The notes: generated by a model from the sequence alone, not told the origin. A DNA stretch of 64,000 nucleotides from Amoebidium appalachense (GCA_963693365.1 CAVNZM010000006.1:7977264-8041263); one strand, 5' to 3'. Positions 1 to 19,969 are shown, numbered from the stretch's first letter. Numbers and translations: made by a program.

Positions 1-498
1 ACACTATTGGAAAGGAAAAAGCGTGTTACTTGTCGATTTTACAAACAACTTCATAATCGATTTTTCCCATCGGAGAGTCCACAACAAGTAGAAGTGTAGG
101 GTGTTGGGTCCGTGTTGTGTTCTTTCCCCGTCGGCATTCCGCCCCCAACATCGATACATCATAGGCATTTAGGGGGGGGGGGGGGGGACGGAATTTATAA
201 CATAGCCGTTAAAGAGAAAATGTGATATCCCTCGCCATAACAGAACACCTTCTAACTATGCTTGTGGCTCTGTTAAAGATTAGTGATAATGATCAAACAT
301 GGCCGGATGGCTCTGACTGAAAAGAAAAAAAAATGTAAAGAAAAACGAGTGCCCCCCCCCCCCCCCCCCCCCCCCAACCCCAACCCCCCGCAGCCTCCCT
401 CTCCTCCCCCCCTCCCCCCCACAAAGAAATCATTCACGGTGCATTAAATATGCTCCCATTCTAAAATATTAACTCTAAAAATTAAAATTTTAACCTAC

Positions 499-7608
<7,110 letters not shown>

Positions 7609-9102
7609 CCTGGTATTTCGGTTGAAGATCCGGTAGACGTGTATGGACCGATCGCTAGTCAGAGCCTGTACAGAACATTTCCTAGCCTAGGTGCAGAGTA
7701 AGATGTGCACCTATAGAACATGTGTATAGAGCATAAGTATCAAATGAACAATATCTTCTTCTTTTGGTGGACTTATGCGAGGAAGTGGAGATGTGGACTT
7801 GTCATCGATGTTGAAGATTGGCATGGGAGATGTTACTGTCTGCATCGATCGCTTGGTGAGGTTCACAAAAAAATCTTTAGCGCATGTTTATACACCAAAC
7901 AAGACCGCTGTCGTTGTTGTTTTCTTAAATTAATGGCTATAAAATGTATAAAGCCTCGCTAATTAATATAAAAGATGTGTTTTCTCTAAAAACATACACA
8001 AACCTACACTAACTGCATATAAAACTGTATATTTGGTTTAGTGAAAACCTACCGAATTTCACTGTGCTTGATTTCATACTTAACTCTGGCGAATTTCTAC
8101 TATTCCAAAAGTGTATGGATTATCTGGACAAAAACGTAATACGGTGTCAGATTGCTGACTAGGGCCGGTGTACTTAGCTTGGGGCAAAAAAAAAAAAGAA
8201 AAAAAATTCTCCACATATGATGTATGCCTGATACGTTATATCTCCACATATGATTTGTATGTTGTAAGTGTAACCTCGATTTTTTACATGTATATCTTGT
8301 TGGGTGGAAGTACTGTTGGCTTTCAACCGGGTGCCGACAACTCATCACAGCTTGTACATGTCGTTAATAAACAGCACATTCCCCCCCCCATTAATTGGTT
8401 TGTGTTTTTCTGAGAAACGTGTTTTGGTGTTTTGGGCACAGGGTGCGGTATGTAGATCATCGGGTGCATTTTTAGCCAATCAGATACAAAAGAATGTGTG
8501 GCTGGCGTTGATTGGCTGTAAAGTCCGGATCGCTCCGGAGATTTGGAACAGAAAAGCAAAAATCATTGAAGCCGCTTGCTTAATGGATAGTAATGGTTTA
8601 CGGCGGCTACTCAATGCATTTCAATACAGAACATGGACTATTATGTGCATAATGTTACATAAATAACAAGTTTTTATGATGTACAGTTTAAAAGGGAAAG
8701 GGAAAGCATGAAGCGAAATATGGGGCTGTGTTATCACTTTGGAATGCGGGCGGCAGCTCACGGTGTTGAAACGAGTCGGGTCAGCCACAACGAGTCAAGT
8801 CAGGCTACTCGGGTCAACATGACTCGTGAGCCATGGTCATCCCAGTTGGCGCCAAAAAAACCAGTCACAAAAAAAACACAAAAAAAAAGTGATTGGGAAC
8901 GAAACTAAAACACTGCTACATTACACGGTCCATCACACAAAAAAGATAACGAGTGCACCCTTTTTTTGTTATATAGTACGTACCAAATACTAGTGGCCTA
9001 CACGATTCAGCAATTTGAATAGAGGCTACGTCCTGTTACGGCAGTCAAACGTGTACCTACCAAACACACATATATCTGAGCTCTTGGTTCGGTCTCGCAA
9101 AG

Positions 9103-9741
9103 ATGTCAGATACTCCAAAGGACTCGCCAAAGGCCGATGAGGCAGGCACACCCCCACCAGTTGAACCACCATCACCACCTCATCCGGAAGCAGAAGCACC
9201 ACCGCGGCCAGAATCTCCAAAGAAAAAGGAGACTTTTGAACCCCACCCAGATGGAGCAAAAACACCCCCGCTACCAGAGGATGACAAGGAGAAGAAACCT
9301 GAGCAGAACACAAGACCACGCAGCAAGAGGCACCTGGTTATACTTGACGTTAACGGGATTCTGATTGATAGGAGGCGGGAGTCGGATCGGTCAAAGAAGC
9401 CGGAGAGCGCAAAGATTGGGAACTTCTACGTGTATGACAGGCCCCACATGAGAGAGGTATGTTTTTTGCTTTCCCGTGAGAGCTTGTGTCGTATTCTATA
9501 TATGCTATATTCTAATTTAGACTATCAACTTGGTGTGTCCATTCTAGAAAACTGGGAGATTGCCACGTAAAAGAATCCTGAACATTTCCCAACGTAAACG
9601 TCAAGAGTGCTTTTCACTTTGACCTTAGAAGCCCAGCATCTCGAGAGATTGCTAACTAACTGCCCCCCCCCCCCCCCCCCCCCCCCCCTCTCTCTCTCTC
9701 TCTTCCCCCCCCCCCCCCCCTCCCCCTGGTTGCTGGCATGA

Positions 9742-9779
<38 letters not shown>

Positions 9780-10251
9780 CACACACACACACACACACCA
9801 CACACACACAAACACACACACACACACACACGAACACAGGTTGTGGATATTCTCACGCAAGACTTCGAAGTGGCCATCTGGTCCAGTATGATGCCTCACA
9901 ATCTCGACAAGATTGTAGAACATGCATTCGGAGAGACTAGCTCCAAGCTTCTGTTCGTTTGGGACCAATCGCGATGCACGCGCCTAAATGCAGCAGAGGA
10001 GTGGAGGGAGCTCCATGGTGCACCTATGAGCCAATCAAAACCCGTGTTTCTGAAGGAGCTGTCGAAGGTGGAGGCGGAGCCGCCTTACAGGAAGTATGTT
10101 TCTGGAACTATGTCTCTTCGTGTATACATATACACACACATACACCCATACTCACTTACGCACACACACACACACATGAGAAGTATGTTCTATTAGAACC
10201 ACGTCTCTCCGTCTGTGTGTGGTTTAGAACATACTTGTGTGTGTGTGTGTA

Positions 10252-10286
<35 letters not shown>

Positions 10287-10456
10287 GCTTGTATGTGGGG
10301 ATGTGTGTGTGTGTAAGCTCTCTTTCTCCTTTCATTTTTTATTTTTTTTTGTCACTATTCCCTCTTTCCCGGGGCCCCGTTTTCTTTGTTTCTTTCTTTC
10401 TTTTACTTTCTTTTCTCCCTTTTCTTTCTGCTTCTTTTTCGTGGGGGTGGGCATGT

Positions 10457-10514
<58 letters not shown>

Positions 10515-11837
10515 CGTATTCAGCATGAGAGGCCAATATGGAAAGGATGCTGTGTGCCTGTGTATATTGGGTGGGTGGGTATAAAACTGCAAATGGCAAA
10601 AGAAGTTTGATCCGTTGTGTGTATGGTTGACGAGGAGAGGGAAGGTTAATGAAAGGGGTGGTGTAAGTGGTTCTGGTGTGCCCGTATTTGTGAGTGTCGG
10701 TAAGGGGGATACACAGGGGAGCTGGTGCGTGTTGCAGCGCCGGGGGGGGGGGAGGGGGGAGGAGAGGGGGGTTCTTTTTTCTCCCTCTTTTTTTTTTTTT
10801 GGAGAAGGGAGAGGGGAGGAGACCCAGGAATCCATTCATACATTCCTCCTGACATTACTAACATTCCACACGCATTCCTTCCGGCAGGTTCTTTCCCGAC
10901 CACGTGCTTCTCATTGATGACTCCCCTTACAAGGTTGTTTTCAACAAACCGTACATGGCCATCCACCCCTCTGCTTACAACGTCGACACTCACGGAGATG
11001 TATGCCCCCCCCCTCTTCCTCCCCCCCCCCCCCCCCCCCCCCCCCCATGCGCGCTTCGTACCGTGTTCCGCATTCAACCCCCCCCACCCCCCCCTTCCCT
11101 CCCCCCCTCCCCCCTCCCCCCCCCAAAAAAAAAGAAGAAAAAAAAGAAAAGAAACATGCATACTCTTATGTGTGGTTTGCACCCTGCATCGTGTTGTCCG
11201 TTGTTTGTGTGTACCTCGTACTTAATGGCGCATTCAACACCCCCTCCCCTCTCCCCTCCCCTCCCCCCCAAACCACCAAACAACACACACACACACACAC
11301 ACAAACGAAGCCCCGTCGCCAAAGTTCCTCTCTATGTTTTTCTTGCCATTTTGCTTACTGCTGCAACTCTATAACCCCAGCCTTTCTCACTGCTCTTGCC
11401 TGTGACGTCTTCTCCCATAAGTAACCCTGCTTGTCTCTGACTAAGACGGGTGAGCCACCCATGTTCAAGTGAAACAGTGTCTGAGTTGGGTTTTGTCGAC
11501 GAGGTGAATTGGTGGAAACTCGAGTACTGTGGATGACTTGGCCCCCCCCTGAGGGATGGGCCCTGCTTTTTGTGCAAACTCTCTACGTGTGGTTTGCACT
11601 CTGCATTGTGTTGTCCGTTATGCATGTGTACCTCGTACTATTTGACACACTCGAACCCCCCCTTCCCCTCCGGAGTGGGTTCGGCTGAGAATGCATGTGG
11701 CTTGTTTATACTTAGCAAAGTCTGCATTGTGTTGTCGGTCGTGAGTGTGTGAATCTTACCCTCTTCACACGTTCTAACCCCATCGCCCCCCCCCCCCCCC
11801 CCCATAAACACGCACACACACACACGCACACACACAC

Positions 11838-11889
<52 letters not shown>

Positions 11890-11938
11890 AAACCCCCCCA
11901 CCTAACATACACACACTCAAACCCCCCCCCTCCCCCAT

Positions 11939-12031
<93 letters not shown>

Positions 12032-12732
12032 AGGACGTCGAACTTCTCCTTCTCAAAGAATATCTCAAAAGACTCCGACAAGCACGCTCCGTCCCAGAAT
12101 TCGTCTGCGAAAACCCCTTCGACATTTGGAAATCCTTCCAGGCTCACCTCTTGAAAATCACCGAACGGGAAAACCGGGAAGACGTTTCGTTTTTCCTGGA
12201 CTGGTGCATGCGCAACCGCGAACACGTATACGCCGTCGTGAGCATATGGGAGAAGGAACTCCTAAACGCGCCAAACGCAAAAAAGCATAAATACATAAAT
12301 TTGGTCGACGAAATCGTAAGAAAGGACCGGTCGTGCGGATCGCAAGATTACGCACAGTGCTTCTGGGCGGTTTTTCCGCGGACCACTCGCCACGCCGCAA
12401 AGCACGGAACTCACGACTCGGAATTGTCGAAATTGCTCGGTTTGAACCCTGAGGAAATGAACAAACACGTCGTTTCCCAGTTCGACAAGGTGTTTGAAGT
12501 GCGAAAGTATCTTTTCCCACACATTCCCCGCACACAATCCCTCTCTCGTTTGTGGCGTTCCGTCGAGGCAGCGGCAAGCAGAAACGAGAAATTGCGACCC
12601 CCGCATGATTTCTTGCGCGAGATTGTGCCCGTCGGAGGGGGTGGGGGTGGGGAGGGTTACGGGGCTTATTACGCAAACCCGTATGGGGCCCCGCCGCCGG
12701 GGCAGGATGGGGGGAGGGGGAGAGGCAGGTGA
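9103..12732 (+). CDS. FCP1-like (NIF/HAD superfamily) phosphatase-domain protein with C-terminal CID-like (CTD-interacting) domain
   Basis: Exons 9103-9456, 9840-10093, 10888-10999, 12031-12732 splice in frame. Motifs: [13 protein letters not shown] (motif I, DxNG variant), [51 protein letters not shown]. Then a helical segment ([39 protein letters not shown]) resembling RPRD1/Rtt103 CID domains. Confidence 0.88.
11308..11660 (+). repeat. Interspersed intronic repeat family A, long copy
   Basis: Aligns by eye along its whole length with the reverse complement of 50855-51190 (shared blocks such as cccatgttcaagtgaaacagt and tactgtggatgac). Shorter 3' fragments lie at about 11156-11240, 11690-11780, 15528-15630(-), 25684-25800 and 51478-51590(-). 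Confidence 0.8.
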
Positions 12733-13820
12733 AGAGACAGAGACACCAGTGATTTGTGCCGGGGGGAGGGGGGGGGGGGAAGGGGGGTAATATTTTGTAT
12801 AGGCGATGTATAGGGGTGAATTTTTGGGGGATGGGGGGATGGGGGGGGGAGGAAGAAGGGGGTGGGGGGAGGGGGGGGGGGGGGGGGGGGTATGGGTTGT
12901 GTTGGTGGCGGTCTTGGTTGTGGGGAGGTTTGGAGGGGTTGTTTGGGGGGGGGGGGGGGGGGGGGTTACGTTTTTGCGTAGACGTTTTAGGTCATAATTG
13001 ATTTTCTCGCTGTGTTATCATGTGAATATGTTGGGGGTCTCGGTGGTATAGAATGACAGGTGCGGCACAAACGCCGGAACGATCAATTTCTCGTTTAAAA
13101 TTTTCAGTTTTATATATGGTCTTTTGATTGGACGAAACAGCTATCATCGTTCTCTGTGCAGGATGTGATTGGGGAATGTTTTTGTTACCTTCTTGTAGGT
13201 AGTTTGTTGCTTCCATTCGAGTGCAAAGGTGCTCGTATTTGTATTCATTATGATTATTTCCTTCTGTGTTGTGTTTACCGTTTTATCAACTTGTTATTCC
13301 ACGCCCCGCTGTTAGTTGGTTTGGTAGTATGTGATATCTTGAATATCTGCGAATGCATCTGTGAATACGTCTGGAGTGTTTTGAAGAATACACATATCGG
13401 TAAATGTAGGGGTATTGTAGATGATTTATACCAGTATATCTAAGAGTATTCAGGCTAGAATATATCGGTATATCTAATATTCGGTACGTATATCACGGAA
13501 CCACTTAGGGCATCGTTCGCCCCAACTGTTTGTGAGATTAAATTTATGCAAAAGAGATGACATTGTGTTGATGAATAAAAAACATAAAACGTGTGGCAGG
13601 AATCGGAAAACAGAAAACGAAAGTTGGTGCTGGTGGGTGCATGCGCACAAGGTTATCTGAGCCTGTTAATGGTGGTTGTGTGTATGTGCGCGAGGCCGGA
13701 TGGGTCACGGTGTGTGTGTGTGGTTGCGCAGTTTGTGTGTGTGTGCCGTGGTGGTGGTGGTGGGTGGGTGGGTGGTGGTGGTGGTCACCGTGGTGTGTGT
13801 GTGGGGGGGGGGGGGGGGGG

Positions 13821-13857
<37 letters not shown>

Positions 13858-14545
13858 AGGGGTGGGTGTACATTGTTGGTGTGAACGTGTGTGTGTTTTG
13901 TGGGGGGGGGGGGGGGGGGGGGGTAGTTGTGCAGTTCAATGTGTGTGTGTGTGTACGTGGGGGAGGGGGGAGGGGGGGGGGGTAATCGTACGTGTGCAAT
14001 TGGTGTGGTGGTGGTGGGCCCGGTGGGTGGGTAGGTGGGTGGGTGGGTGGGGATGGGTGGGTGGGGATGGGTGGGTGGGTGGGTGGGTGGGTGGGGGGTA
14101 TCGTGATGCATTAAACAGGAGGCAAAGGAGGAATGGAGCTCGAGTGGCAGGGATGGGGGGGGGGGAGGGAGGATGGGGGGGGACATTAAAAAAAATAAAA
14201 AAAAATAAAAAAGGTGCAAGGAAAGAAAACGAAATATAAGGAAACTTTAAAAGCCGTGACCAAAACAGGATGCGGGCAAAATACACTTGAATAGAGCTGC
14301 TAATAGTGGGCAATCCCCATATATACCTCCGTGCACGCAATGAATTAAACCTCTAAATAGCATTCAGCATGGTTGTCATGCAACACATGTTTCGTTTTAA
14401 CGGCAAGTCAACCCGTCTTCTGCCATATGTGTTCGTGTGTGTGTGTGTGTATGTGTGTGTTGTGTGAGGGAGTGCACGTCCATGTGCGTTTTTCTTTGTA
14501 CGTTTGGGGAAGAGCGCCCCCCCCCCCCCCCCCCCCTCCCCTCCT

Positions 14546-14577
<32 letters not shown>

Positions 14578-14696
14578 ACGGTAACAGGAGTTACAGGAAA
14601 GGAATATTCCCGCAGGAAAGGAATGTTCCCGCAGAATTGTAAACATGTACAGCCAATAAGAAAAACCTTTATTTACTGGTTCACACTGTGAGCCAA

Positions 14697-15652
14697 TCAA
14701 AACTCGTCCCCATGGCCACCTGCACCCGCCTTCTTGATGTCCATGCACTCAATGTCGAAGACAAGCGTGGCACCCCCTGGGGGAGATATATTCCGTTAGA
14801 AAAGATATATAAAATAAAAATAAAAATAATAATATAATAATTTTTGTAATAAGAAAAATAAATATATTAAATGTGAATGGTGGTGGATATACCTCTACAT
14901 AACTATATAAATTAGGAAATACCAAGCCCGAAAATTTATCCAGTCAGAAAAATTATATCAAATGCGAATAGTGGTGCTACTCTTAGTGAATATGTGTCGG
15001 TTGCACTGAACACGCGTGCTTAGTGCATGTGTGTGTGTGTGTGTGTTTGGGGGGGGGGGGGGGGGGGGGGGATTAGAATGTGTCAGAGTATGTGTGCGTG
15101 TTTTATTTTTATTTTTTTTGGGGGGGGGGGGGGGGGGATGGCAGCAGAGTATGGAGTGCTTGTTTCATGGATGTGTCTTCGTGTGTGCGCGCATGCACCT
15201 ATGCGCACATCCGCGTATGTGTTTGTGCGCGGGTGCGCCTGTGTGCGTTGTCGGGAGGATTGTAGTATTTGGGACTTATGAATGCCATTAACAGAACCAA
15301 GAACAATGAGTGACAACAGAAAACGTGTTGCAGGGTATGAAGTACTTATACACGACGGAACAACACAAGGCAAGTTTCGCAAAGCACACACAGGGAATAT
15401 GCATCACAAGCAAAGCCCATTCTCATGTAGGGGCCCAATTAATCAACAGTGCCCGAGCCATTTTCGACCTACTCATCTTGCATGCAGAACCCCAACTCAA
15501 GGAAAGAGGGGGAGAGGGGAGGGGGGGGGTTAAAATGTGTTATAGAGTTCGAAGTATACGTTCATAACGGACATAACGGACACAAACAATGCAGAGTGCA
15601 AACCACACATAATAAAGAGTATGCATATTAAGGATGGGAAGGGAGGGGAGGG

Positions 15653-15688
<36 letters not shown>

Positions 15689-15748
15689 CGGACTAACCGG
15701 GGATGGTGGGTGGGGAACCGCGGTCGCCATAGCCCTCATGAGCAGGTA

Positions 15749-15816
<68 letters not shown>

Positions 15817-16150
15817 GGGGGGGGGGGGGAGAGTTTGAGTTGCGTGAGTGCGTAAGAACCGTTTGTGTTCATGCTCATGTGTGAAGGAAAAGAAGCCGAG
15901 GCTTCATCCCCCTTCCCTCCCCCCCCCCCCCTCCCCCCCCCCCCCTTTTTTTTTTAAACCCTTTTCCCACCCTTTTCTGTGTGTGGGCGGGTATGTGCGC
16001 GACGAGGGGGGAGGGGGGACGGGGGGACGGGGGGGGGGGGGGGGGGGGGGGGAGTGATCCTGTTTCGAACAATGAACTTTGTGCCTTTGCTTAGTCTTCC
16101 CTCCCCCTCCTCCCCTCCTCCCCTCCTCCCCTCCCCCTCCCCTCTCCCCC

Positions 16151-16197
<47 letters not shown>

Positions 16198-16459
16198 AAC
16201 CGCACTGTCGACGCACCCGGTACACCAATTTGACTACTATTCGCCACTCCAAAGACTTCCAAACACAAATCAGGTGTACGTGTGTGTGTGTACGTGTCCG
16301 TGCAGGGCTGTGTGTGTGTGTGTGTGTGTTTGGGGGGGGAAGGGAGGGGGTATGTGCAAATGTTCGCGTTCGTGCGTGAACCTGTTTGTGTGTCAGTGTG
16401 TGCATGGCAGCGGGTGGTGAGGGTGGGAAGAGAGGTGGGGTGGAGATGTTTGCGTGCGC

Positions 16460-16494
<35 letters not shown>

Positions 16495-16552
16495 CGCGCA
16501 CGCGCACATCTCACATGTGCGCATGCTGTTCAAAGTTTTTTTTTTTTTTTAT

Positions 16553-16584
<32 letters not shown>

Positions 16585-17014
16585 CATACCCTGAGCTTAC
16601 GCTGCTCACCAACACAAATGCCCATCACACCCTTGTCCCAACCTGAAAAAAAAAAAAACAAGCAAGTAAGAACAGAGAACATGCAACTACAAGGTGTGGC
16701 CGAATGGGCAGAGAGCAATTAAAAACAATGACAGTCGAGCCCAATCCCCCCCCCCCCCGATCACCCCCCTCCCCCCCTCCGACCACCACCACCACCAACA
16801 TTACCACCACGCACAATTTCCCCTTCCTTTATTTGGTTTAAAGGAGAGAGGGTGGGGGAGAGGACGGGGGGTGATGTATGCGTTAGCGGGTTGGAAATAT
16901 GGAGGAGACAACAAGAGCAACAACAAAAACGTCACAAAAATGAGAAGTGTGCAGGCAGAAGAAACTTGAACAGAGCCCGTCACCAAGGGGGTTCCTATGC
17001 CTCCACAAAAGCAT

Positions 17015-17047
<33 letters not shown>

Positions 17048-17395
17048 GGGGGGGTTGATGCTAGAGTAAACAGTATCAGGTACAAGTTCACAACAGATAG
17101 TATCACACATTTAACCCCTGCCCCAAATCCTCCCCCTTTCCCCCAACTACCACCACCACCCCACCCATCAACCCACACACCCCTTCACCCCCTCCTCCTT
17201 CCCCCCCTCCCCCCCAATTTCCCAACCATACACGTGCGCATAGGCCCAAAAAGCCAAGGCTTCCCGTAGAAGTCGAAAGATAAAACTCCACTCTTCAAAA
17301 ATAGCAATAAAAAAGCCCGTACTCTTTTTAAAAGCCATGGATAATCCAACCATAATGGTTAAATCCCTCGGGTATATGTCAATCTAAGAATCCTA

Positions 17396-17437
<42 letters not shown>

Positions 17438-17451
17438 CCCCCCCCCCTCCC

Positions 17452-17488
<37 letters not shown>

Positions 17489-17603
17489 CCTCTCCCCCTC
17501 CCCACACCTCAGGCTTTTTAACACACACAAAAATCCACCAAACAATTTATCTACCTGTCCATTTTTCATTCATGGAAGCACCCCAGGAACACGTAATTTG
17601 CAG

Positions 17604-17650
<47 letters not shown>

Positions 17651-18511
17651 ACACCACACACACACACACCTATGATAACCTGGCCCACACCGAGGGTGAA
17701 GGTAAACGGCTGGCCGCGATCACGTGAACTGTCAAACTTCGTCCCATCCTCGAGTGTACCCTGAAAACAAAAGCTGTTATTCCAAAAGATATGGAGCTCG
17801 GGAAGGAAAAACATGGCGCGAAGGAAAATCAACGCGCCATTACAAAACACAAAAGGGAGTATCCCGACAGATCCACGTATGTGCAGTCATTTTGCCATTA
17901 ATATTTTAAACCTCTCCCCTTGTGTTCTTCCCTCCCCCCCTTCCAACCCCTTATTCCCCTCCTTAACCACCCCCACCACCGCACACACCCATACACGCAC
18001 ACACCCAAGATGGTTTCCCCGATCCCCATGCCAATACCACCACATAATCAATAACCGGTCAGCCAAATACAGCTATACTGTTATGTAAGTCTCCCCCCCT
18101 TCCCCTCCTCCCCGTATGTAAGTCTCCCCCCTTCCCCTCCTCCCCGGTCTTCCCCCCCCTCATTTTCCCCTTTCTTTTCCCAGTACATCGAACCTACTAA
18201 AACAAGCAGCGGCAACATAAACCCACCCACACACGTTTCTTCCATTTGCACACTACCGAGCACTGTTACAAGTTATTCCTTGACCCTTGCCTACCCTACG
18301 CAAGGGCATCTCTGTAAGGGGCCTCCTTTGAGATTACCGTTGTTCTTTTTAGTCTAGCGCCATTTATCACAGCGCAACACTCTTTCGCTCTCTGTCCCCC
18401 CCCCCCCCCCTTTCTCCCGGGCCCTGTATACAAGTTGCTTCTCCCCGCCCCTAGACCTACGTACACGCACACACACAAACACACACAAACACGCGCACAC
18501 ACACGCGCGCG

Positions 18512-18564
<53 letters not shown>

Positions 18565-18778
18565 ACAGAAAGGAAAACGCACACGTCTACGCACATGTAC
18601 GTGCACACGCACACAAACATACCGTGTAGTGCATAGACAGAGTGTCACCCTTGCTCGCTCTCAGCTCACACTTCTCCGCGCGCTTCTTGATGCCGACCTG
18701 CGTGGTCTTGAGCTCGCCGCCCAAAACCACAGAGCAGAGTGCAAGGACGCACACCGTCGCATACGCTGAGAATCTCAT
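14697..18778 (-). CDS. FKBP2: ER-lumenal FKBP-type peptidyl-prolyl cis-trans isomerase (FKBP2/FKBP13-like)
   Basis: Exons 18778-18623 (signal peptide [20 protein letters not shown]...[10 protein letters not shown]), 17760-17670 ([30 protein letters not shown]), 16642-16590 ([18 protein letters not shown]), 15749-15698 ([17 protein letters not shown]), 14776-14697 ([16 protein letters not shown]...HGDEF*). Complete FKBP signature and a KDEL-like C-terminus. Confidence 0.95.
15528..15630 (-). repeat. Repeat family A, 3' fragment in FKBP intron
   Basis: Reverse complement reads atgcatactc...tgtgtggtttgcactctgcattg...tccgttatg...acttcgaact...cattttaacccc, matching the 3' part of 11308-11660. Confidence 0.7.
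16873..16936 (-). repeat. Short intronic repeat family B (copy 1; copy 2 at 47974-48038)
   Basis: 38 bp (gatgtatgcgttagcgggttggaaatatggaggagaca) is identical at 16873-16910 and 47974-48011, and both are followed by caaaacgtcaca. Confidence 0.8.
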
Positions 18779-19307
18779 GTTTTCGTTGTTGGCTCCACCA
18801 AAAGTTGGAACTGAAGCTTTCAAACAGGAAAACGGAAGTTTTGTTGTGTTGCAACGTTTGGAATTTTGGTTGTCAGGAACATTAACGAATCAGAGAAATG
18901 AATTTATAACTTTATTTGGTTCACATGTGGTGCCCGATTCAGCAATCAGAAAATGTCTACGAAAGCATTGTTGATTGGTTGAAAATGGAAAACGAACATT
19001 CCATTGTAACGGCCGAGGAATGTGCCAAGACTCTCAGCATTCGAAGTGAGGAACAAGAACGAACCAGAACGAACCTGGAAATGACGTGTTGCATTTGTCT
19101 TTGCAAGTGGATTTGTTGTATGTGGATTTGTTGTGCTAGTTTATAGGTGGACTGAGGCACAACAAACTGCACCATAGCTAACTTGTATACAAAGTTCTCC
19201 AGACATCGTACTTCGATCACCCGTCACCCACCGAGTCATAAACCCTGCTTCTATTTTAGGGCAATTCTCATGTTGCACTTCTCATTTCCCTTATTCACTG
19301 CCTAAGA
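18779..19307. promoter_or_regulatory. Probable bidirectional promoter between the FKBP and Vps62-like genes
   Basis: About 530 bp of microsatellite-free sequence between divergent start codons, with CCAAT-like elements (gattggtt near 18973, gcaatcag near 18942). Confidence 0.5.
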
Positions 19308-19969
19308 ATGAGCACACCGCAGCCCGAAATCGCCAACAAAAACACATCCCCAACAGATGAGAAAGAGCGTCTTTTACATAAGTTCAGACCCGTCGTGCGT
19401 CTTGACAGTCGGGAAAGGCACTATCCTTGCTCGGTTGATTTTTTCCTCGAGAATGCTTATCTGTGGCACCTCACAAACAACGCGCCGATACCTGGTGAGG
19501 TAGAATTATCTCCCTCTTCCCCTCCCCCCGTCCCCCCCCACTCCCCTGGTTGCCCATCCCCTCTTCCCCCCCCCCCCCTTCCCCCCCCCCCCCCCCCTCT
19601 TCCTCCCCCCCCCTCCCCTCCCCGCCCCCGCCCCGTTGTCCCACGCACACTCACAGACGTACACACATTCACGCGCGCGCACATCTGTTAAGTCTACATC
19701 CAAGTTTCCGTTTTCCCCTGCTCCCATGCGCCTCATCTCTCGTTGCCTCCCTCAAGCACACCACATACACCAGCCCATCTGTCTCATTCGTCCTTCTCAC
19801 TTGATTTTCCATCCTCGGCGACCTCATTCTAGAGTATATCATCCACAAGACGATTGTGCTCGAGGTTACGCTTTTCTTATGGAAAGAATCCTGCAATACA
19901 TTCCATCTGCTCTCTTATGTGAGAAGGATTCATCCTCTCCTCCCCCCCTTCTCCCCCCCCCCTCCCCCT

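Noticed and set aside
8760-8915. Possible hAT remnant (cggtgtt...aacactg with gagtc/gggtc motifs)
   Set aside because: The TIRs are too short and degenerate and there is no TSD.
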